A DNA stretch of 64,000 nucleotides, taken from Sedimenticola hydrogenitrophicus (GTDB lineage: Bacteria > Pseudomonadota > Gammaproteobacteria > Chromatiales > Chromatiaceae). The notes under the pieces are model-generated. The model was not told where the DNA came from. It made no database searches and worked only from the letters and a program-made list of their open reading frames with translations. Positions within the stretch are counted from its first letter, which is position 1; each line of letters begins with the position of its first letter. Location of the stretch: assembly GCF_025175675.1 (NCBI RefSeq), contig NZ_JANIOA010000011.1:51864-115863 (forward strand), given 5' to 3'. This document shows positions 29,086 to 38,311 of the stretch, in pieces. The position numbers and the translations under genes were made by a program.

Positions 29086-30195
29086 ATGAAGCGTCGTGAT
29101 TTTCTAAAAAAGGCGGCAGTGGGTGCTGCGGTTGCCGGGGCCTCAGCCACGCTCATATCTTGCGGGCAACAACAACAGCAGCAAGAGACGACCAAAACCA
29201 CCAGCAAAAAAATCAAATGGCGCATGGCCACCAGTTGGCCGAAGGCGTTTGACACCATCTATGGTGGCGCCGAAACCGTTGCGGCACGGGTCAAGGCGAT
29301 GACCAATGGCCAGTTCGAGATCATCCCCTATGCCGGCGGTGAGCTGGTCGGCGGCCTCGAGGTCTTCGATGCGGTATCCCAAGGAACCGTGGAGATGGGA
29401 CACACCGCCTCTTACTACTATGTTGGCAAGAATCCGGCCTTTGGCTTTGATACCGCCATCCCCTTCGGCCTTACCTATCGCCAGCAGAACGCCTGGCTAT
29501 ACAACGGTGGCGGAATCGAGGCAATGCGCAAGATCTACGCCGAGCACAATATCGTCAACTTCCCCGCCGGCAATACCGGTGTGCAGATGGGTGGCTGGTT
29601 CCGCAAAGAGGTCAACACCGTAGCCGATCTGCAAGGCCTGAAGATGCGCATCCCCGGGCTGGGTGGCAAGGTGATGAGCCGGCTCGGCGTTACCGTGCAG
29701 GTGCTGGCGGGTGGAGAAATCTATCCGGCACTGGAACGTGGTGTCATCGATGCCACCGAGTGGGTGGGTCCCTACGATGACGAGAAGGCCGGCTTCTACA
29801 AGGTGGCCAAATACTACTACCATCCGGGCTGGTGGGAGCCCGCCCCGACCCTGAGTCTCTATGTCAACCAGAAGGCGTGGGACAGTCTGCCGAAAGAGTA
29901 TCAGGAGATCATCGCCTCCGCCGCCGCCGAGGCCAATCTGGATATGATGGTCGACTATGACTCGAAGAACCCGAAGGCCCTGAATAGTCTGGTGAGCAAG
30001 GGTGTGGAAATGCGTGAATTCTCCCAGGAGATCCTGGAAGCCGCGCGTAAGGAGGCCTATGCGCTATATGATGAGCTGGCGGCAGGTGATGCCCAGTTCA
30101 AGAGTATCTACGAGGGTTGGAAGGCGTTCAAGGAGGAATCCGATCCCTGGTTCAATACCGCCGAGGCATCCTACTCGCGCTTCAACTTAAAATAA
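29086..30195 (+). CDS. TRAP transporter solute-binding protein (DctP family) with a Tat-type signal (RRDFLKKAAVGAAVAGA)
   Basis: 369 aa with DctP-family architecture. A poly-Gln run follows the signal peptide. Confidence 0.8.
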   Translation: MKRRDFLKKAAVGAAVAGASATLISCGQQQQQQETTKTTSKKIKWRMATSWPKAFDTIYGGAETVAARVKAMTNGQFEIIPYAGGELVGGLEVFDAVSQGTVEMGHTASYYYVGKNPAFGFDTAIPFGLTYRQQNAWLYNGGGIEAMRKIYAEHNIVNFPAGNTGVQMGGWFRKEVNTVADLQGLKMRIPGLGGKVMSRLGVTVQVLAGGEIYPALERGVIDATEWVGPYDDEKAGFYKVAKYYYHPGWWEPAPTLSLYVNQKAWDSLPKEYQEIIASAAAEANLDMMVDYDSKNPKALNSLVSKGVEMREFSQEILEAARKEAYALYDELAAGDAQFKSIYEGWKAFKEESDPWFNTAEASYSRFNLK

Positions 30196-30226
30196 TCATA
30201 CCGCTGGCAGGCAAAGCGGTTCCTGG

Positions 30227-30267
30227 AAAAAAGCCCCATCTCCTGAGGGAGTTGGGGCTTTTTTTGT
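30227..30267. terminator. bidirectional terminator between the TRAP SBP gene and the convergent dctM
   Basis: aaaaaagccccatctcctgagggagttggggcttttttt. Confidence 0.6.
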
Positions 30268-30284
30268 CCTAAGGGACCGGCGCC

Positions 30285-31664
30285 CTAAGCAGACTGACCA
30301 ACCCCCATACTCAGCAATCCCGTCACCAGTTGCGGGAAGTAGAACAACGCCAGCAGGCCGATCAGCTGTATCACGATGAAGGGTACGGCGCCGCGGTAGA
30401 TATCGGCCGTGGAGACCGAGCGGGGTGCCACGCCGCGCAGATAAAAAAGTGAGAAGCCGAACGGCGGCGTGAGGAACGAAGTCTGCAGATTCATGCCGAT
30501 CATGACACCGAACCAGACCAGCGCCATGCGGCCCGGCTCATCGAACTCGGCAAACATCGGCGCAAGAATCCTGACCACCACGGGCGCCAGCAGCGGGACG
30601 ATAATAAAAGCGATCTCGAAGAAATCGATAAAGAACCCGAGAACAAACACCAGCAGGTTGACCAGCACCAGGAAGCCCACGATGCCGCCCGGCAGGGAGG
30701 TCAGCAGATCCTCCACCCAGAGATCACCGTACAGGCCACGGAACACCAGCGAGAACGCCTGGGAACCGACCAGGATAAACATCACCATACTGGTCAGTTT
30801 CGCCGTCTCGGTCATGCTGTCCAGCACCGAGCTGAGGGTCAGGCGGCGCTTCAGCACCGCCAGCACCATGGCGCCGATCGCACCAAAGGCGCCCGCCTCG
30901 GTGGGTGTCGCCCAGCCGGCAAAGATACTCCCCAGCACCACCACGATCAGCGCCAGCGGGGGGATCATCACCAGGATGATTTCCCGGCTCAGTTTTTTCC
31001 CGTTCAGATTTCGCGCCTCTACCGACATCGCCGGGGCCAGTTTGGGCCGGGTCAGTGCAATAAGGCCGATATAGGCCATATAGAGTCCGGAGAGCATCAG
31101 CCCGGGAATCAGCGAACCGACAAACAGATCACCCACCGGGGCGCCCAGTTGATCCGCCAGTACAATCAGGACGATACTGGGGGGGATCACCTGGCCCAGC
31201 GTCCCGGAGGCGGAAATAATCCCGCAGGCCAGGGACTTGGAATATTTGCTCTCAAGCATGATCGGCAGGGCGATCAGGCCCATCGCCACCACCGTGGCGC
31301 CAACCACGCCGGTCGCGGCGGCCAGCAGGGTACCCACAATCACCACCGAGATCCCGAGCCCGCCGCGCATCCGGCCAAAGGCGATGCCCATAGTTTTGAG
31401 CAGATCCTCCGCCAGTCCTGTTCGCTCCAGCACCATACCCATCAGGATGAAGAAGGGCACCGCCAGCAGGGTGTAGTTCTGCATCACCCCGAAGATACGC
31501 TGCGACATCGCCTGCAACAGGGCAAAGTCCAGCAGCTCCATGTTGATGCCGATGGCGGCAAACGCCAACGCCGTGCCGCCCAGGGCAAAGGCCACCGGGT
31601 AGCCCATGAAGATCAGCAACAGTGCGCCACCGAACATGATGGGACCTAACAGATCAGGGTTCAT
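30285..31664 (-). CDS. TRAP transporter large permease (DctM family)
   Basis: 459 aa polytopic membrane protein. It overlaps the dctQ stop. Confidence 0.9.
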   Translation of the reverse strand: MNPDLLGPIMFGGALLLIFMGYPVAFALGGTALAFAAIGINMELLDFALLQAMSQRIFGVMQNYTLLAVPFFILMGMVLERTGLAEDLLKTMGIAFGRMRGGLGISVVIVGTLLAAATGVVGATVVAMGLIALPIMLESKYSKSLACGIISASGTLGQVIPPSIVLIVLADQLGAPVGDLFVGSLIPGLMLSGLYMAYIGLIALTRPKLAPAMSVEARNLNGKKLSREIILVMIPPLALIVVVLGSIFAGWATPTEAGAFGAIGAMVLAVLKRRLTLSSVLDSMTETAKLTSMVMFILVGSQAFSLVFRGLYGDLWVEDLLTSLPGGIVGFLVLVNLLVFVLGFFIDFFEIAFIIVPLLAPVVVRILAPMFAEFDEPGRMALVWFGVMIGMNLQTSFLTPPFGFSLFYLRGVAPRSVSTADIYRGAVPFIVIQLIGLLALFYFPQLVTGLLSMGVGQSA

Positions 31665-32215
31665 ATGCCTTCCTCCTCATGTACCTGGGGGAAGGGGATA
31701 AACCCGTTGAGGAAGGCGACCTGCTTGATCAGCTCGCTGATGCCCTGAAAGATCAGCAGGATAAAGGCGATGGGTATGGCCGATTTGATCAGATAGCGTG
31801 GCAGGCCGCCCGGATCGGGGGATCCCTCCAGGATTGCCCAGGAGTCGGCCGCATAACTGTAACTGACCCACAGGATCAATGCCGACAGCGGGAACAGAAA
31901 CAGGCAGGTGCCGATAATGTTTATCCACGCCTTGAACCGATCCGATACCCGTGCGTAGAGAATATCCACCCGCACATGGGCCTGGTGTTTCAGCGCATAA
32001 CCGGCGCCCCACAGAAACACCAGACTGAACATAAACCATTGCGCCTCGATATAGGCATTGGAGCTCAGATCAATACCGATCGTCTGACTCAGCTTGCGGG
32101 TGATGGCATTGTAGGCGCCCAGCAGCACCATAATCACAACCAGCCAGGAGATCAGCCGTCCAATCCGTTCATTCACGGCATCGATGATGCCGGAAAGACG
32201 TAGAAACTTTTGCAT
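31661..32215 (-). CDS. TRAP transporter small permease (DctQ family)
   Basis: 184 aa with 4 TM segments, immediately upstream of and overlapping dctM. Confidence 0.8.
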   Translation of the reverse strand: MQKFLRLSGIIDAVNERIGRLISWLVVIMVLLGAYNAITRKLSQTIGIDLSSNAYIEAQWFMFSLVFLWGAGYALKHQAHVRVDILYARVSDRFKAWINIIGTCLFLFPLSALILWVSYSYAADSWAILEGSPDPGGLPRYLIKSAIPIAFILLIFQGISELIKQVAFLNGFIPFPQVHEEEGI

Positions 32216-32261
32216 AGAGTAAAACCCTTAGGCTAATTTTTATGGGTTACTGCAGTTAAGG

Positions 32262-32336
32262 GCTCGCGCAAGAATAAGTTCCGGTGTTCGGTCGCCCCTG
32301 GACCCCCTCGGTGCTACGGAATTATTCTTGCGCGAG
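32262..32336. repeat. palindromic MITE-like element, family D (short copy)
   Basis: gctcgcgcaagaataagttccggtgttcggtcgcccctggaccccctcggtgctacggaattattcttgcgcgagc. Confidence 0.7.
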
Positions 32337-32504
32337 CCTAAACCATTGAACCATACAAGATTCAACGACTGGAAACCACCTCCATGCGAGCAATGGAAAT
32401 CGACTGATAACCCTGCAAAGGCCACGCTTTACGCCCCTTTACGCCCGCGGGGTTGTAGGCGAGAATCCATTGGGTAATCCTCGGACATTCAGGTAACAAA
32501 CATC

Positions 32505-33893
32505 ATGACCACTCTCTACGGCGCTGTCGACAGTGTGCTCCCCGCACTGACCGAACTGCTCGGCGAACGGCTTTCCACCGCCTCCGCGGTCCGGGAGCAC
32601 CGCGGACATGACGAATCCGGTTTCAAGACCGTACCACCGGATGCGGTGGCGTTTGCCCACAGTACGGAGGAGGTGAGCGCGATCGTGAAGATCTGCGCCC
32701 GCCACAAGATCCCGGTGATCGCCTACGGTACCGGCACCGCCATCGAAGGGCATGTACAGGCGCTGCGGGGCGGGGTCTGCATTGACCTCAGCGGGATGGA
32801 CCGGATTGTGGAAGTCAACCCGGAGGACATGGACTGCACGGTGCAGGCCGGGGTCACCCGGATGCAGTTGGAGAGTCACCTGCGCGACACCGGCCTGTTC
32901 TTTCCAGTGGATCCGGGGGCCGACGCCTCCCTCGGTGGTATGGCGGCCACCAGCGCCTCCGGCACCAACGCCGTGCGCTACGGCACCATGAAGGAGAATG
33001 TGCTGTCGCTGAAGGTGGTCATGGCCGACGGGCGCATTATCCGCACCGGCACCCGGGCGAAGAAATCCTCGGCCGGCTACGACCTGACCCACCTGTTCAT
33101 CGGCTCGGAGGGCACCCTGGGGATCATCACCGAGGTGACGCTGCGGTTGCATGGCCTGCAGGAGGCGATCTCCTCTGCGGTGTGCAGCTTCCCGAGCGTG
33201 GACGACGCCATCAACATGGTGATCCTCACCATCCAGTCGGGCATCCCGATCGCCCGTATCGAACTGCTCGACGGCTTGATGATGCACGCCATCAACCGCT
33301 ATTCGAAAATGGACTACCCGGAGCAACCCCACCTGTTCCTGGAATTCCATGGCAGTGCCGCCAGCGTCAAGGAGCAGGCCGAGGCGGTGCAGGAGCTCGC
33401 CAGCGAGTTTGGCGGCGGTAATTTCAGCTGGGCCACCCGCAGCGAGGAGCGCAACCGCCTGTGGAAGGCGCGCCACGACGCCTACCCGGCGGCGCTGCAG
33501 CTGCAGCCCGGCACCCGGGCCATCACCACCGATGTTTGCGTGCCAATCTCGCGGCTGGCGGAGTGCATCCGCGAGACCCGCGAGGACATCGACCGGGCCA
33601 GCATGCCCATCGTCATGCTGGGCCATGTGGGCGACGGCAATTTCCATCTGGCGATCCTGCCGCATCCCGACCGTCCCCAGGATATCGAAGAGGCCGAGGC
33701 GCTGAATCACCGCCTGGTGCGCCGCGCCCTCGCCCTGGACGGCACCTGTAGCGGCGAGCACGGCATCGGCCAGGGCAAGATCGGCTTCCTGGAGGAGCAG
33801 AACCCGGAGGGGGTGGTGCTGATGCGCCAGCTCAAGCAGACCCTGGACCCGGACAACCTGCTCAATCCGGGCAAAGTGTTGCGGATGGATTGA
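32505..33893 (+). CDS. FAD-linked oxidase (GlcD / D-lactate dehydrogenase (cytochrome) family)
   Basis: An FAD_binding_4 N-terminus and an FAD-oxidase C-terminus (HVGDGNFH, GEHGIG). Confidence 0.8.
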   Translation: MTTLYGAVDSVLPALTELLGERLSTASAVREHRGHDESGFKTVPPDAVAFAHSTEEVSAIVKICARHKIPVIAYGTGTAIEGHVQALRGGVCIDLSGMDRIVEVNPEDMDCTVQAGVTRMQLESHLRDTGLFFPVDPGADASLGGMAATSASGTNAVRYGTMKENVLSLKVVMADGRIIRTGTRAKKSSAGYDLTHLFIGSEGTLGIITEVTLRLHGLQEAISSAVCSFPSVDDAINMVILTIQSGIPIARIELLDGLMMHAINRYSKMDYPEQPHLFLEFHGSAASVKEQAEAVQELASEFGGGNFSWATRSEERNRLWKARHDAYPAALQLQPGTRAITTDVCVPISRLAECIRETREDIDRASMPIVMLGHVGDGNFHLAILPHPDRPQDIEEAEALNHRLVRRALALDGTCSGEHGIGQGKIGFLEEQNPEGVVLMRQLKQTLDPDNLLNPGKVLRMD

Positions 33894-33901
33894 GCAGGCT
33901 C

Positions 33902-34540
33902 ATGGTAGAAAAACTGTTCTGGCAGGATCCCTATCTGACCCGACTGGAGACGAGGGTAGCGACGGTTAACGGTGGCTCGGTCACCCTGGAGCGGACCATC
34001 TTCTTTGCCTTTTCCGGTGGCCAGGAGAGTGATCGGGGCAACATTGGGGGTTACCCGGTGATCTCGGCAGACAAGCAGGACCGGGAGATCATCTATACCC
34101 TGGAGGATGATCACCAGCTGAAGCAGGGAGATTTGGTGCTGATTGAAATCGACTGGCCGCGCCGCTATCGACTGATGCGTCTGCACTTTGCGTGCGAGCT
34201 GGTACTTGAATTGGTCTACCGGGCACTGCCGGGCATCAACAAGATCGGCGCCCATATCGCCGAGGACAAGGCGCGGATCGATTTCCTGCATGCGGAAAGT
34301 CTCGGTAGCTTGCTGCCAGATCTGACCAAACAGGTCAACGCCATGACCGCAAGAGACCTGCCGATTATCAGTGACTTCAGCGACCGCGCCGGTGAACGGC
34401 GCTTCTGGGCCATTCAGGATTTCGCCCAGGTGCCATGTGGCGGCACCCATCTGAAACGTACCGGGGAGCTCGGTACGGTGTCGCTGAAACGCCGGAATCC
34501 GGGCAAGGGCAAGGAGCGCCTTGAGATCCTGGTCGACTGA
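33902..34540 (+). CDS. alanyl-tRNA editing protein AlaX-like (tRNA synthetase second additional domain)
   Basis: HxxxH (HFACE) and CGGTH zinc motifs. The track ORF begins at a TTG at 33890; the ATG at 33902 is preferred. Confidence 0.7.
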   Translation: MVEKLFWQDPYLTRLETRVATVNGGSVTLERTIFFAFSGGQESDRGNIGGYPVISADKQDREIIYTLEDDHQLKQGDLVLIEIDWPRRYRLMRLHFACELVLELVYRALPGINKIGAHIAEDKARIDFLHAESLGSLLPDLTKQVNAMTARDLPIISDFSDRAGERRFWAIQDFAQVPCGGTHLKRTGELGTVSLKRRNPGKGKERLEILVD

Positions 34541-34548
34541 TTCCGACG

Positions 34549-35217
34549 ATGCACGCGGATATCGGAACCTACCACCCGCCGGCGGATAACGGCCTTGAAA
34601 TCCTCTATCAGGATGAGGCGCTGCTGGTACTGAACAAGCCCAGCGGCCTGCTCTCGGTACCGGGACGGGGAGAGGAGAAGCAGGACTCGCTGGCGCGACG
34701 GGTACAGGCGCGGATTCCCGATGCCCTGGCCGTCCACCGCCTGGACATGTGCACCTCCGGTGTCATGGTAATGGCGCGGGGAGGCGAAATGCACCGCACG
34801 CTGAACCGGATGTTCCAAAAGCGGGAGATCGGCAAACGCTATATCGCCGTGGTCGACGGCCGGCTGGCACCGGCCTGCGGCAGCGTCCGCCTGCCGCTGA
34901 TCTGCGACTGGCCGAACCGGCCGCGACAGCGCGTCGACCACGAAATCGGCAAACCCTCCATCACCCATTACCGGCGGCTGGAGTACCGGCCGGAGAACGA
35001 CAGCAGCCGCATCGAACTGATCCCCGAGACCGGACGCTCCCACCAGCTGCGGGTGCACATGCTGGCGCTCGGTCATGTCATCCTGGGGGACAACCTGTAT
35101 GCCGACCCGGTCAATCGGGAGCGGGCACCCCGCCTGCAGCTGCACGCCTGTGAGCTGAGCCTGCGCCACCCCCTGAGCGGCGAACCCATGACCTTCCACT
35201 CTCCGGCGCCGTTCTGA
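34549..35217 (+). CDS. RluA-family pseudouridine synthase
   Basis: HRLDxxTSG catalytic motif (AVHRLDMCTSGVMVMA) plus the KRYIAVVDG motif. Confidence 0.8.
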   Translation: MHADIGTYHPPADNGLEILYQDEALLVLNKPSGLLSVPGRGEEKQDSLARRVQARIPDALAVHRLDMCTSGVMVMARGGEMHRTLNRMFQKREIGKRYIAVVDGRLAPACGSVRLPLICDWPNRPRQRVDHEIGKPSITHYRRLEYRPENDSSRIELIPETGRSHQLRVHMLALGHVILGDNLYADPVNRERAPRLQLHACELSLRHPLSGEPMTFHSPAPF

Positions 35218-35224
35218 ACGAGGC

Positions 35225-35790
35225 CCTGGAGAACCACGGATTCACACAGATAAACACGCAGGTGAGGTGTCGGAGTCAAACCAGGCTCGGTCGGGTGGCC
35301 TGATCGCACGGCGGGCGGCTGGTTTGACTCCGACACCTGGGGGTTCCGGCAAGGTGGGCACAAACTACGTGCCCACCCTACGCGGCTGGCCTCATCACAA
35401 GCAATCGTATCGTAGGGTGGATAAGCCGGTAGGCGCATCCACCGTAGCACTGGTGAGGAGTGGTACAGGGATGTACCGTTTACGGACCTGAGGATGGCTT
35501 GCGCCTCTGGCTTATCCACCCTACAAAAAACACTGGGGAACCACGGATTCACACAGATAAACACGGATTCAGAATTCTGATCTCCTATCTGTGTAAATCC
35601 GTGTCCATCCGTGGTTCCTTATTAACCGGGTTGGGATAATCAGGCTATTGAAAGCCATATTTAGCTCGGTAGGGTGGGCACGCTTTTTGTGCCCACACGG
35701 AAGGTGCGGCACCGGGCAAAAAGGTGGGCACAGACTACGTGCCCACCCTAAGCGTCTGCGGATCACCAGGCGGTCAGCTCAGTCAGACTT
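35225..35790. repeat. repeat-dense intergenic island: family B half-copy (35232-35262), a GGTGTCGGAGTCAAACC palindrome, family A hairpin (35336-35395), family C unit bracketed by its own 16-bp IR (35411-35526), family B full copy (35538-35622), family A double hairpin (35667-35755)
   Basis: Read directly from the sequence. Each block has copies elsewhere in the window. Confidence 0.75.
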
Positions 35791-37955
35791 CACAACGGCT
35801 GCAGGTTGGCATAGGCCGCCACCAGCCACTTGGCGCCCACCTGTTCGAAATTGACATGCACCCGGGCGCTGCCGCCCTGGCCCTCGGCGTTGAGCACCAC
35901 CCCCTCGCCGAACTTGGGATGCAGCACCCGCTGGCCCAGTTGGAAGCCGCAGGCGGGATCGGCAAAGCCGGACGAGGCGGCGCCATAGACCGGTCGGCTG
36001 ATCTGCGGCCGGGAGCGGATTTCGCGAACCAGCTCAGCCGGGATCTCGCGCAGAAAGCGCGAGGGCAGGGGATAGGACTCGCTGCCGTGCAATCGCCGGC
36101 TCTCGGCATAGGTGAGGTAGAGCTGCTCCATGGCCCGGGTCATGCCCACGTAGCAGAGGCGCCGCTCCTCCTCCAGCCGCTCCGGATCCTCGGCCGACAT
36201 GCTGTGGGGGAACAGCTTCTCCTCCACCCCGGCGATGAACACCAGCGGAAACTCCAGCCCCTTGGCCGAGTGCAGGGTCATCAGCTGCACGCAGTCCTCG
36301 AACTGGTCCCCCTGGTTCTCGCCGGCCTCCAGCGCCGCATGGGAGAGAAAGGCCGACAGCGGGTCCAGCTCATCCTCATCCTCGGCCACCTCGTAGGTGA
36401 ACTCGCGCGCCGCATTGACCAGCTCCTCCAGGTTCTCCACCCGGTCCTGGCCCTTGCCGTCGCGACCCTTGCGGAAGTGCTCCGCCAGGCCGGCGGCCGA
36501 AATCACCTGATCCGCCAGCTCGTGCAGCGCCAGCCCCCGGGTGGACGCCTGCTGTTCGGCGATCAGCTCCAGAAAGCCGTTCAATGCCGAGGCCGCGCGC
36601 TTGGCCATGGCGCCACCCTGCACCAGCTCCTGGGCGGCTTGCCACAGGGAGCAGCCGAAGTCCCGGGCGTGGGCGCGCACCGCATCCAGGGTGCGTGGGC
36701 CGATGCCACGGGGCGGCTGATTGACCGCCCGCTCGAACGAGGGGTCCTCCTGGGGATTGGCCACCAGGCGCAGATAGGCGAGGGCATCCCTGATCTCGGC
36801 GCGCTCGAAGAAACGCAGCCCGCCGTAGACCCGATAGGGCAGCTGGGCGTGGATCAGGGCCTCCTCGAACTGGCGTGACTGGGCGTTGGAACGGTAGAGG
36901 ATGGCGCACTCGTCACGGCGGTGACCCTCCTCGGTAAAGTGACGAATCCGCTCCACCACAAAGCGCGCCTCATCCACCTCGTTGAAGGCGTTGTAGAGCA
37001 GGATCGGCTCGCCCTCTTCACCGTCGGTCCACAACTCCTTGCCCAGCCGTGATGGGTTATTGGCGATCACCGCGTTGGCCGCCTTGAGGATGGTGGCGGT
37101 GGAGCGGTAGTTCTGTTCCAGCCGCAACAGCGGCGCGTTGGGGAAGTGCTTGCGGAAGTCGCGGATATGCTCCACCCGGGCACCACGCCAGCCATAGATC
37201 GACTGGTCATCGTCGCCCACCGCAAACAGGTGGTTCTGTTCCCCCGCCAGCAGCCGCAGCCAGGCGTACTGAATGGTGTTGGTGTCCTGGAACTCATCCA
37301 CCAGGATGTGCTGGAAGCGTTCGCGGTAGTGATGCAGGATATCCGGCCGGTCGCGCAGCAACTCATGGGCACGCAGCAGCAACTCGGCAAAATCGACCAC
37401 GCCGCCGCGCTCGCAGGCGGCCTGATATTCGCTGTAGATGCGGATCATGGTGCGCTGGTAGGGATCGCCCCCGTCGTCCATGTGCTGGGGCCGTACCCCC
37501 TCGTCCTTGCGCCCGTTGATGAACCACTGCGCCTGGCGCGGCGGCCAGCGCGCCTCGTCCAGGTCCATCGCCTTGAGCAGGCGCTTGAGCATCCGGTACT
37601 GATCGTCGGAATCGAGAATCTGGAAACTCTGCGGCAGGTTGGCATCCTTCCAGTGGGCGCGCAGCAGGCGGTGGGCGAGGCCGTGAAAGGTGCCGACCCA
37701 CATGCCGCCGACCGGCTGGCCCAGCAGGGTCTCGATGCGCCCCTTCATCTCCCGGGCCGCCTTGTTGGTGAAGGTCACCGCCAGGATATTCCAGGGCGCG
37801 GCCCCCACCACCTGCAGCAGCCAGGCGATGCGGTGCACCAGCACCCGGGTCTTGCCGCTGCCGGCGCCGGCCAGCACCAGCATGCCGCCCGGTGGCGCGG
37901 AGACCGCCTCACGCTGCGCATCGTTCAAACCTTCGAGAATATGTGAAACGTCCAT
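35790..37955 (-). CDS. uvrD: DNA helicase II
   Basis: 721 aa. Walker A GAGSGKT and UvrD/Rep helicase motifs throughout. Confidence 0.95.
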   Translation of the reverse strand: MDVSHILEGLNDAQREAVSAPPGGMLVLAGAGSGKTRVLVHRIAWLLQVVGAAPWNILAVTFTNKAAREMKGRIETLLGQPVGGMWVGTFHGLAHRLLRAHWKDANLPQSFQILDSDDQYRMLKRLLKAMDLDEARWPPRQAQWFINGRKDEGVRPQHMDDGGDPYQRTMIRIYSEYQAACERGGVVDFAELLLRAHELLRDRPDILHHYRERFQHILVDEFQDTNTIQYAWLRLLAGEQNHLFAVGDDDQSIYGWRGARVEHIRDFRKHFPNAPLLRLEQNYRSTATILKAANAVIANNPSRLGKELWTDGEEGEPILLYNAFNEVDEARFVVERIRHFTEEGHRRDECAILYRSNAQSRQFEEALIHAQLPYRVYGGLRFFERAEIRDALAYLRLVANPQEDPSFERAVNQPPRGIGPRTLDAVRAHARDFGCSLWQAAQELVQGGAMAKRAASALNGFLELIAEQQASTRGLALHELADQVISAAGLAEHFRKGRDGKGQDRVENLEELVNAAREFTYEVAEDEDELDPLSAFLSHAALEAGENQGDQFEDCVQLMTLHSAKGLEFPLVFIAGVEEKLFPHSMSAEDPERLEEERRLCYVGMTRAMEQLYLTYAESRRLHGSESYPLPSRFLREIPAELVREIRSRPQISRPVYGAASSGFADPACGFQLGQRVLHPKFGEGVVLNAEGQGGSARVHVNFEQVGAKWLVAAYANLQPL

Positions 37956-38206
37956 CGGACTATATTAACAGCGGCGGGGCGGGATCACGACCGCTTGTGC
38001 AAAGCCGGGCGATTAACATCAAAAACGCCATTGACCGAAGAGGGGGTGTTGTTTAGTTGACCGCGGTCATTTCCTTACTATTTGTAGCGTTTTATAAAGG
38101 AGGCCCATGGAACAACAGTAGGGGGAAAATTCAAGGTTGGTCGTGTAATCAACAATAAATCCCGCGTGCAGGGAGTCGCGCACCAGGGGATCCGGGATGG
38201 AAGCTA

Positions 38207-38240
38207 ACGGGCATTGATCGCGTCATGCCCGTTTTTTTTG
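38207..38240 (+). terminator. plus-strand rho-independent terminator with no annotated plus-strand gene upstream (possible sRNA 3' end)
   Basis: aacgggcattgatcgcgtcatgcccgtttttttt. On the minus strand the hairpin is not followed by a T-run. Confidence 0.4.
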
Positions 38241-38311
38241 CCCCGGGATGGGCGGGAGCGGCTTTGCCAGGGGCCCATATTCGCACCACAGATAGAGAGA
38301 GGCCGGAGCCG

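Noticed and set aside
35225-35790. Considered whether the repeat island encodes a small transposase or toxin
   Set aside because: Only short ORFs made of repeat sequence (60-70 aa) are present, with no catalytic motifs. These are treated as non-coding MITE/REP clusters.
35724-36878. 384-aa plus-strand ORF and several minus-strand ORFs inside uvrD
   Set aside because: Shadow ORFs of uvrD; no motifs; the uvrD coding signal is strong.
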